Shown piece after piece: positions 52,995 through 64,000 of a stretch of 64,000 nt of DNA. The stretch is taken from the NCBI RefSeq assembly GCF_009914755.1, contig NC_060925.1; one strand, written 5' to 3'. The stretch comes from the human T2T-CHM13v2.0 reference genome, Homo sapiens. The position numbers and the translations under genes are program-made. Each line of letters opens with the position of its first letter. Position 1 is the first letter of the stretch. The notes under the pieces are model-generated. The model saw only the letters and a list, made by a program, of their open reading frames with translations, had not been told where the DNA came from and searched no databases.

Positions 52995-53045
52995 CTACAG
53001 TTCGCACAAAAAGAATTACTGCCTACAGTTTGCACAAAAAGAATT
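52992..53045. repeat. 28-bp-period tandem duplication between PSE and DSE
   Basis: tgcctacagttcgcacaaaaagaatt-ac-tgcctacagtttgcacaaaaagaatt; one mismatch. Confidence 0.9.
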
Positions 53046-53116
53046 CTTTAATCTTCCCATAGTTAGAAATGTTGAGTCAAAAGAAATATTCTTTTAAGCT
53101 TTAAATAATTTACTAT

Positions 53117-53142
53117 GTGCAGGGTACTATGGGTATGCAAAT
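53117..53142 (-). promoter_or_regulatory. Distal sequence element (octamer + SPH/ZNF143 site) of the U5 gene
   Basis: Perfect octamer ATGCAAAT at 53135-53142 (~-205) abutting TACCCATAGTACCCTGCAC on the - strand (53135-53117), which resembles the Staf/ZNF143 SPH consensus. Confidence 0.78.
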
Positions 53143-53202
53143 GAGATGTTGAGTCATCACCTTGAGATTCCACACCTTGTTATTCACCGGGTGCCTTTGG
53201 TG

Positions 53203-53221
53203 CTACCACTAGGGGGCGAAG
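53203..53221 (+). promoter_or_regulatory. CTCF binding motif
   Basis: CCACTAGGGGGCG (53206-53218), a near-perfect CTCF core. Confidence 0.75.
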
Positions 53222-53427
53222 TAGAGGCCATGCTAGCTGAGTTCTAAATCCCATCCTGGGTTAACCATGGAAACTCGTTTTAGCCCTTTTTGTATAATGG
53301 GACTTGGAGTACGATTTGTTATCTTTAGCATCATCTTATTTTGAAACAATTACAGATTTACAGGAAGTTGCAGCAGTAGTACAGAGAGGCCTTGTGTACC
53401 TCTACCGAGCTTCCCCAGTGGGGAATC

Positions 53428-53659
53428 TTTTTTTTTTTTTTTTTAATCCCTTACTTTTAATTTTAGATTCCAGGGGTACATGTGCAAGTTTATTACCTGG
53501 GTATATTGTGTGACGCTGAGGTTGAGGGTATGAATGATCTTGTCACCCAGGTACTGAGCACAGTACCCAGTAGTTAGTTTTTCAGGCCTTACCAGTCCTC
53601 CCTGCCACCCCCCAGCAGTTCCTGGTGTCTGTTGTTGCTAACAGGAGAACCTGATGGTT
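53428..53659 (-). mobile_element. Short 5'-truncated L1P 3' end inserted into an older L1M relic
   Basis: Poly-T then ggggtacatgtgcaagttt...gtcacccaggtactgagc; long TSD ccccagtggggaatctt (53413-53429 / 53664-53680). Confidence 0.82.
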
Positions 53660-54540
53660 AGCTCCCCAGTGGGGAATCTTCCATAGTGAACTCAAACCCA
53701 GGAACTTGACATTAGTACAACCCACAGACTTTAATCAGATTTCACCTGTTTTGCAAGCACTTACTTGTGTATATGTATATAGTTATATGTGGTTTTATCA
53801 CATGTGTAGATTCATGTAAACACCAACATGACAAAGATACAGAACCTTGAAGAGCTACTCTGTGCTGCCTCTTTGATGGCCATACTCACCCTCCTCCTCT
53901 TCATCTCTAATCCCTGAAAAACCACAATGCTTTTAAATATATATGTATGTGTGTATGTGTATATACACACACACATTTAGGATTCTTATATCTTATTGGT
54001 GAGAAGATATTTTTATCATTCTGCAATGACCCTTTTTGACCCTGGTGATTTTCTTTCTCTGAAGTCTACTTTATCTGCCATTGGTAGAGCCACTCCCACT
54101 TTCTTTTGATTCATGTATGTATGCCATATCCTTTTTCATCTTTTAACTTTCCACCTCCCCATTTCATTATATTTAAAGTGAATTCCTGTGGACAGTCCAG
54201 AGTTGGGTCTTTTTTCTAGCAATCCATTCTGCCAAGCTCTGTCTTTTAATTGCTGTATTTAATTTGATTGGGGTTTATTCAGCTTCTTGAATTTGTAGGT
54301 TTATGCTTTTTGCCAAATTTGGAGATCTTTTTTTTTTGCCATTATTTCTTTGAACGTATTTTTAACCTCATATTTTTTCTTCTTTCCTTCTGGAAAATTT
54401 AATGACACCAATGTCAGATCTTTTGTTCTTATATCAAGGGTCTCTGAGGCTGTATTTTTTCAGTCAGTTTTCTCTCTCTTGTTCAGATTGGGTGATTTTT
54501 ATTGACCTATCCTTAGGTTCAATAATTAAAAAAAAAAAAA

Positions 54541-54908
<368 letters not shown>

Positions 54909-57900
54909 TAAATGTTAATATTTATATCAACATTTACTTAATACTTAATTTTGTTTTGCTTATTGTCGTTCCTTAGGCCCTGAGCTCTCTAGCCAGTCTG
55001 CTCTTTTCACCATTCACAATCCCCTTACATTCGTTTTATATGTTACATCCAAGGGTTTTAGCTGTCGTTAGTGGAGGGATAGGGATAAATGTGTGTACTA
55101 TATCTTGTCTGAAAGCAGACGTCTCTGTGTTGTAGCTTGTGTTTTAAAGTAAGTCTTAGGCATCATAAATGAGTTATTTTATTAATACGCAAATAGATTT
55201 CTGAAGAAAGATGGTGGAAGTAATGGACTGTGGGGGAAGGATGGGGCAGTGTGCCCTGAGGATGTGGTGAGCCTTGGTCTCGTTCTTCTCTGTCTCTATT
55301 CCCAGTCTCCCAGGCCCCTGGGCTGCCTGTGACGGCTGGTGGGTTCAGGGGTGCTCTGGGTGGGGAGGTGTCTCTTGGACAGCTTGGGCAGCTAATGGGC
55401 AAAGGGGACAGATGTAAAGATGTATGGGAGAACTCCAGCATAGTTCTGCTCACCTGTTTCCCTGGTCTTTCAGGCAGTGTGTAAAGTAGAAAGGTGGTAG
55501 CTGGGATTATGGAGGGTTCCCTTCTTCTTCCCCTAGATAGATGGCAAAAATGTTAGTTCTCCCTTTTTCTCTCTGAGATCACACTTTCTTTAATTGGCCT
55601 TCTGCCCTGGGGGCCTCCAACATTTTGGGACTCCACGTGGAGTTCCAGTTTGCTATGTCTGCCCACTGCAGAGATGTTCTGTACAAATCAGCTTTCTTGC
55701 ATATGTGAAGACTTCCTAAGTATAAAGTAAGTTCTTTGAGTGTGAGGATCATTTTAGGGGCTGTGGCCCCCAACAGGCTGGGGATCTTTTTTCCTTCCAC
55801 GTTATTGTGACTCACTTTGTCTTTTTGATATTCTGGGAAAGTGACACTAATGGTATGTGTGATTTATTAGCATAGTTTGAAGCTGAGGAATCATGATTCT
55901 GTGTAATTTGTTCTCTAGTCATCTCATTCTATTACATTTTTTTCATCATCTCCAATTTGTTTATCACCTTTTTTCATTGTTTATAGCTCTTTTTTCCATA
56001 TGCTGTGTAGAAAATAGTGTTTTTCCAATTTGAGAGATGTGGGGAAAATAATACAGTTTTGTGCCTTCAACTTCACCCTGAAACTTAATATTTCTTTTTA
56101 AGCATTTGATTCCTTCTTTGCTGGCTTTAGGAGGAAAGGAAAGGTGGGAATATGGCATAGACAGAGCAGGGAGACAGAATCTATTCAAGTTAAACCGAAT
56201 AGACTCTGCAGTCTTGCTCTCCTGCATAATCCAAAGTGACTTCTGAGAAACAGGTCAGTAGGTAGAGTTGTGACCAGAGGATGTTACTGAGTTTAGGTTG
56301 GCAGTTGGGCTGAAGATACGCAAAATAACTTACCCATGTTAATTAGGTCCTCTTGATGTAATTAAACCCTCTTAAGAGGCTTTCTCTTTTCTTCTCCCAC
56401 AAAACACCTCCCCTTTACCATTTTACACTGGACCAATTTGCCTGGCTTCTGTGGCGAGGGGCAATGAAGAGGCTGGGAATGGTACACAGTAGAACAGGGC
56501 AGCCTGTGCCTGTCCTGTTGGCAGCATCCCTGCCCTTGCAAGCAACTTCACCTATGCAGGAGGGTGAAGATGTTTCAGTAGGGACTTTGTTATTTACAGA
56601 AAAAAAGGTTTTATTAGTGGAAGCATTTTATCTTTAAGAAAGTATTGATTGAGAGAGAGTGTTGTCTCTGGAAATTGTAAGCAGTAAAATGATTTAGTTC
56701 AAATTCTTTTAGAAATAGAAAAGCAGCTGTTGAAGGAAAAAGAAAACTCTTCCAATAATTGCTCAATGAATCATTAGCCTGAGTTCATTCGGAGAGCAGT
56801 GCCTCTTTTGTGCAGAATTCTTACAAAATTAGTCTCCTTTTGTGTTTCTTGTCTGGAGATTTACGGGCCATTAAGGTCAGTTTGCTGCCTTTGAATGTGC
56901 AGGGAAACATTTATGATTTCAAGAACCTTATAAAGGTTTTCCCTGATCTTGGATAAGTCTTACTCAGTGTAATTAGAAATTATATATGGTCTCAAAGTAA
57001 ACAATAAGCAAATAATGCTATTTAGGAAATAGGTACACAAACATGTATAGTATTTCTGTAGTATTTTATTTTTACAACTTGCTAGATATAAGGATAAGGA
57101 AAATAGTAAATATATTCAGCTCTATACTGTTTTCTCTGAAGGAAAAAGAGGTATAATAATGAAAAATATAAACTGGTTGGTAAGGTAGGTCATTTCCTTG
57201 TTTTTCTTTAAAAATTGATATACAATAGTTGTATAAATTTTTGGAGTACATGTGATACTTTGATACCTCTATACAGTGTGTAATGATTAAATAAAAGTAA
57301 TTGGGATATCCATCACCTGAAACATTTATCTTTTTTTTTTGTATAGAGAACATTACATATCTTTTGGTTTTGAAATACATAAATGCATTTGTGACTGTAT
57401 TCTAACAAACAGTCACTGCCATCATTACCTAGTTCTTGAGCATTCATTGGGTTGACCTAGCTGGTGTTTTCTTCCATTTCATTTTCCTCCATTGAATAGA
57501 CTTATTTCAGACTAGTGTTCTTCAAAGTGAACTGTTTTCATAATGCTTTTGTTATAAAGCTGGAGCTGGATTCCAATCAGAGGAGACATTTCTTCCGTAG
57601 TATGTTAGTCATGGTTCCATTGCAGACAGCAGAATCTATTGCAGTTATTTTAAAAAGAGAATTATTGCAGGGATTTAAAGACATTTGAGAATAATAGAAA
57701 AACCTGTAGGAGCAGGCACTAAGTGAGCTACCAGAAACAGTTCCAAGAGCCACTGTACACAACATCTGCTGCCACATAGCTCCTTGCTTGAGAACCTAGG
57801 GCTCTGGTGCCACATCTGACAGCTTCAGCATCTCTGAACTGACTGGACCCCAGAATCTCCAGCATGGCTGCTGCAGAACAGCCAAAGGGTCTCTGCCACC

Positions 57901-58921
57901 ATTTTCTTCAGAAGTCTCACAGACCATACATTGTTTCTTTACTCTGAGAGTCATAGTGTTTGTATTTGTTCATGAGAAGCTCAGCCATTTTTAGACCTGC
58001 CAGCTACAGGGAATTCTGGGATATTTAGTTTTCAACCTTCTAACCTGTAATGTGTAGGAAGTCATGCTAGAGAGGAGTAAATAGTCATGGTTGAGTTAAT
58101 CGGCAGTACCTGCTGTACAAGCAGATATTTTCTTCTTAGGAAAAGGTTAAGATGGTTGCTTTCCTGAATGCTGAAGTTCCTTTTTGTTAACCGTGGGCTC
58201 ACTTCTTTTCAGTCCACAGTCTCTAGAACTTTCTTCTTTCCTTCTTTTGGACTGGGTTTGGGATCTTGAACAGCTGAATTCTTATATTTTAACTATGAGT
58301 GCTTCTAACTGTTTCAGGATATGCAGCTTGAAAACTCCTGGAGTTGTGTTTCTGGGCCTATCAAAGTAAAATCGAGTTTGTTGTTTGTTCGTTTATTTAC
58401 ATATTTACTGAACAAACAAGGACATAATACTTCATACATTCCTGGCTGTATTCCAAGTGTTCTCCATACTTTAGTTTATGTGTTTCTTATAAATATGAAA
58501 TGGGTCCTCTATTGTAATACTACTGTACTTTGGCCATGGCTTGAGAGTCAGTAATTGATTTTTCGGAGAGTGGGCCTTGAGTTGGTCAGGATAATTTGCA
58601 GAGAAGATCATCCACTGGAACTATTCTGTGAGCTTATATTTTCTCCCTACCTGGGGTTATAAAGGCATTCTAGGGCAGATACCGGATGCTCCACTTTTGG
58701 TATCTCTTCTCCCTCTTTCCCAGTAGACTCTGCTGATACCAGGTTCCTAAAAATAGTTTGACTCATTGTATAATCATTCAAATTTTTCAAATTTTTATTG
58801 AGTATCTAATATATTCTGTTTATTGAAGAATACAATGCTTAATCTATATGTAGACCCTGTCGGAAAGGAGCTCACAGTCTAGTGGAGAGACAGCTCAGTA
58901 ACCTGTAATTAAAGCACAGTG

Positions 58922-59230
58922 GGGACTGGGTCTGGTGGCTCACGCCTATAATCCCAGCACTTTGGGAGGCTGAGGAGGGTGGATCACTTGCAGTCAGGAG
59001 TTCAAGATTAGCCTGGCCAACGTGGTGAAACCCTGTCTCTACTAAAAATACAAAAATTAGTTGGGCATGGCAGTGTGCACCTGTAATTCCAACTTCTTGG
59101 GAGCTGAAGCAGGAGAATCACTTGAACTCAGGAGGCGGAGGTTGCAGTGAGCCGAGATCATGCCACTGCACTCCAGCCTGGGCGACAGAGCAAGACTCTG
59201 TCGCAAAAAATAAATAAAATAAAATAAAAT
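58922..59230 (+). mobile_element. AluS within an L2-like region (~58780-59770)
   Basis: Full dimer; TSD-like aaagcaca. Confidence 0.87.
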
Positions 59231-59895
59231 TTTAAAAAGCACAATGGGATAAGTTGCTTTGTTACAGGTAACCGTAGTGGCATATTGTGGGAGCATAGGC
59301 AAGGGACACCGAGTCCAGGCTGAATGGATGGACTACTAAAGGCTTCCTGGGAGAAGGCTTGCCTGAGCTGAGACCTGAAAGATATGTCCTCATTCACATG
59401 ATGCTTCAGTGATGGTTTTTCCAAATAGAGGGAGCAAAGTGTGGGAGGCCCAGCTGCATGAATGTGGTGCTGTGGGGTCAGAGGGGTCAATGCAGTTGTA
59501 ATGTGGGATGGTGGGGGCAGTGAAGGTTAGGTACGACGATGGAAGGGTGGACAGGGGGACAGGGCCATTTTATGAAGAACTGCATGAGTCTCACTGAGAA
59601 GTTTCTCTGGAATGCTAAGGGGAGCACATGAAGAATATTAAGTGGGGGAAATAACATGATCAAATATGCTCTTAAAAATATTACTTTGGTGCTGTGTAGG
59701 GAGCATGGAATGGAAGGAATAAGGCTAAATGGGTAGAAGTGAGTAGAGCACAGTCTGCGGAATTGAAGTAGGTCTAGCATATAGTACGGGGAGGAAAACG
59801 ATTTTGCAGTAACTCCAAGACTTTCCTGGATAACAAAGCCTAATTGATATGCTGTGATTGACTATATGAAGCAGCATATACTAGATGCTTAATAA

Positions 59896-60390
<495 letters not shown>

Positions 60391-61694
60391 TAAACAGTGG
60401 AACTATTCAGCAGGTCATGGACTGATTACAAAAAAAATCCAAAAAGACTCCAAAAACAGTGGGACCAGGGATCTGGGTTGAAGAACTGGTGGACTGAGCT
60501 AACTGATGTGGCTACAGGGTGAATTTCTCTCATTCACTTAGGGCGTCTCGGTGAGTGCCTTGGCACTTGGCTTGGTACTTTACATTTTAGTCTATTGACC
60601 AGGCCTTATTAGCTATGCGTTTGTGTTGTTTTCAGCTGGAGAATAGTCCTCAGTTTTCTGGGGAATGCAAGAGAAAGCACAGAACCAGAATTTTAGCCAT
60701 CTCTTGTGATAACAACACAGTACTCCAGCTAAGAGGCTGAGAGTGAGTTGTGATCTGGCAAGGTTTAAGGGCGATGAGAATTCAAGGCTAGAAGGAGGAA
60801 AGATTTACTCAGTGGTGAGTTGCTAGGGCAAGTCCTCATTTGCCAGGAATTTTTTCTTGTAACTTTCTTCCCTAGTGACATAGGGGTGTGAGAAGAGGGG
60901 ACGACCCCTTCTCCACGGGTGGGTGACAAGCACTTTCTTAGTATTTCTTTCCTTTAGCCTAGAAAATAATTGTCTTTCCCATTTTCTGAAAGGAATCTTA
61001 GACATTGTGCTAGTGGAGCCCTTCATTTTACACACAAGGAAATTCAATCCCAGATAGTTAAGTGACTTTTCCAAGTTTAAACAGAGGGAGAAATGTGACA
61101 AGTACTAGATAGGCTGATTTTTTGGCTCCGTTCCTGCTCCTCGCCATTTTAAAGGCTTGCTGAATGTTGGGCATCTAGGAGACAGATTTAAGTCAAGGTT
61201 CTTGCTCTCAGAGAGATCCATTTTTCCCTCCAGAGAGAAAATACAGGAATAAAAGTGATATAATAAATATGCCATAATAAAAGTTCTAGAATTGAGATGT
61301 GGATGACGGAGAAGGGAGTGCAATGAGGTCCACCTGGGGAGGTAGGTATGGGAAAGCTTCACTCTGGAGCTGACATTTGAATTGTACCATTTAGTGAGTA
61401 TTTTGTGCATGTCACTGGGCTGGCTTTGTGGTTACGGGGCATAAATGAGGTGCACTCTAGGTTGGAGATTGCCTAGTCAAATAGTGTTGTGGGGCAAAGG
61501 GGTGGGAAGGGCAGAAAGTCCAGGTACAGGGACAAGCATGAGTAGAAACATCTCAGAAAAGGGTTTCCTCCTTGGCTTCAGACAGGCCTAGGTTTGAAAC
61601 CCGGCTCTGCCCCTTACTAGGTTTGGATAAATAATCTGCTTTCTCTGACCTCCAGTTAACTCATTTGTAACACGGAGTTAGACAGAACTACTCA

Positions 61695-62010
<316 letters not shown>

Positions 62011-62054
62011 GCTTCAAATCACTGACGAAATAAAAAGAAAAAAACCCAAAACTT

Positions 62055-62455
62055 ATTTATTTCAGCTACATGACATCCTGGAAAAAGTAAAATATGGAGA
62101 CAGTAAAAAGATCATTGTTTGCCAGGGATTGAGGGGAGCAGGGCCAGGGTGGGAGGGATGAAGAGGTAGAGTACAGAGGATTTTTAGGGCAGTGAAACTA
62201 TTTCATATGATATGATAATGGTGGATATGTGTTTTTATACATCTGTCCAAACCCATAGAATATGCAACATCAAGAGTGAACCCGAATATAAACCATGGAC
62301 TTTGGGGTATCAATGTAGGTTCACCAGTTGGAACAAATATATTACTGTGGTGGGAGATGCTGATGGAGAGGGGTTAAGGGGTCTATGGGAATTCTCTGTA
62401 CATTGTGCTTAATTCTTCTGTGAACTGAAAACTCTCTAAAAGATAAGGTCTGTTA
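62055..62455 (+). mobile_element. L1MB/MC 3' end fragment
   Basis: ggatttttagggcagtgaaacta, catctgtccaaacccatagaat. Confidence 0.78.
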
Positions 62456-63089
62456 AACAAATTGAGCTACTTTAAAGATTGTTATGAGGCTGTAATTAGA
62501 AAACACATACTCGAGTGTTCATCAGTGACTGGGAAGAAAGGACAGGTCTGTCAGTTTCACTGACATATGAAGTTGAGTTGCAGCACTGTTACCCCTCTCA
62601 TTCTGCAGTGGGTTTTTGGTGTGTCTTCATTGTGGGGTGTGGTGGTCTTGGTGCTGGGGGTCTTCCTATTTAGACTTTGAGCTCCTCATGGTGCCTAGAG
62701 CAGAACTCTGCTGTGGGTAGGAAAAGAGGCAGTTACAAACACTAGGCCCAGACCCTTTCCTTTGTTAAGAAAGGAAAAAGTGTTTTGCTAGGACGTTAGA
62801 GTTACTATTTAAGAAACCCAGAACAATCATGTCTCTCAGAGTCCTTAGTATTACCTGGTAGCAGAATGTAAGCCTCAGAATAAACAACCACATTTGTTAA
62901 CTTGTTCAGTGAATTCCGAAGTCTGGGTGCCCAGAGCTTTGAACGGTGAACGGGAGGATGACTGCTCTGTTGGTGAGTGTTAGGTAGCAGCTTCGGAGTA
63001 TGTGCCCTCCCTGCCTGGGAATGGTACGGGGCGGGCTGAGCTGTTAAGGATTCTGTGAGTTTATGAACATTCAGCTGTAGGAAGGCATA

Positions 63090-63240
63090 ATCAGTCATGT
63101 AGATTGGTCCCCAGGCTGGTAGTATCACATCACCTGGAAGCTTGTTAGAAATATAGAATCCCAGGCCCCACCCTTGATTGACTGCATCAGAATCTGCATT
63201 TTAGCAAGATGCATAGGTGGCTTGTGTCCACCTTGAGGTT
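63090..63240. mobile_element. MER5A-like MITE
   Basis: catcacctggaagcttgttagaaat...atcagaatctgcattttagcaagat. Confidence 0.75.
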
Positions 63241-64000
63241 GGATGTGGGTGACTTCTCCTTGGAGTACAGCCTCCCTGCTTCCATGGAGAAGCCTGCCTA
63301 GTTCTGCCTGGCTGAGATTTAGCTCCAGTTTATATCTGACCCCCTTAGAGTGCCAAAGAAGAGGTTCCTAATTGACTAATAACCATGGAGGCAAGAAAGA
63401 AAATGGGGGAAGGGACAGATCATGATGTTGTTCCTGATTTCAGGCTTTCATGTTTGCCTTGAAATGTGTGACTGAGCTCAGAGTCTATAAAGCTTTTGCT
63501 TCAAGAAGCAGTGAGTCAATATTTTTCTTACCCAAATCATTAAACATCATCTTGACCTATTCATTGGCCCAGCTTTTCTGTTTGGTCATTTCCCTTAGGT
63601 AACTTTTTTAAATAGGGAAGAATAGACATGAGAGAGACATTTTTATTTCCTTTAAATGAATGTTTTCTGTGATAATTAGAGGTGAAAGGCCATGTGTAAT
63701 TTTTGTTGATGGGATTTTACCAGCAGAGTTTTCAGGAGTCCTGGACTTTCTGGTGGAACAGAAAGTCTTATATGTTTTGTTGTATTATATCCTTTTTTCC
63801 ACCCTAAAAAATTAAACTTGGAGAAGTTTCGAGGCATAGGTAAGCTTGGGGTCATGAATTCTAAATGTAATTCTAAGTGTTCAAAAATGTTGTATTTAAA
63901 AAGCTCATATGTTTTTCTTTTTTTTTTTTTTTTCTTTTTGAGTTTGTATTAAAAAAGTGTCTTGGCTTTTGTGTCTTTTAGCTGTATCCCTGTTATAAAA

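Overview
Human (primate) genomic DNA covering the 5' end of HHAT (hedgehog acyltransferase, MBOAT family) on the + strand. It contains the CpG-island promoter and exon 1 (~7.4-8.15 kb), coding exon 2 (27607-27740, ATG at 27650) and coding exon 3 (41523-41590). The next exon is not in the window. Most of the rest is intron filled with Alu, L1, MIR/L2, LTR (MaLR, MLT2, LTR8, a HERV-K-type solo LTR) and DNA-transposon relics, including a ~2.3 kb Charlie3/MER1 transposase fossil. The most notable element is a full-length U5 snRNA variant on the - strand in the intron after exon 3 (~52819-52933), which I recall being annotated as the pseudogene RNU5A-8P. It has an invariant loop 1, an Sm site, structure-preserving substitutions and a complete Pol II snRNA gene layout (octamer + SPH distal element, PSE-like element, 3' box, no poly-A or TSD) next to a strong CTCF motif, so it looks like an intact gene. 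Second, the exon-1 ATG changes role with splicing: alternative N-terminus, overlapping uORF, or short uORF. Repeat boundaries and subfamily names are by eye and approximate.
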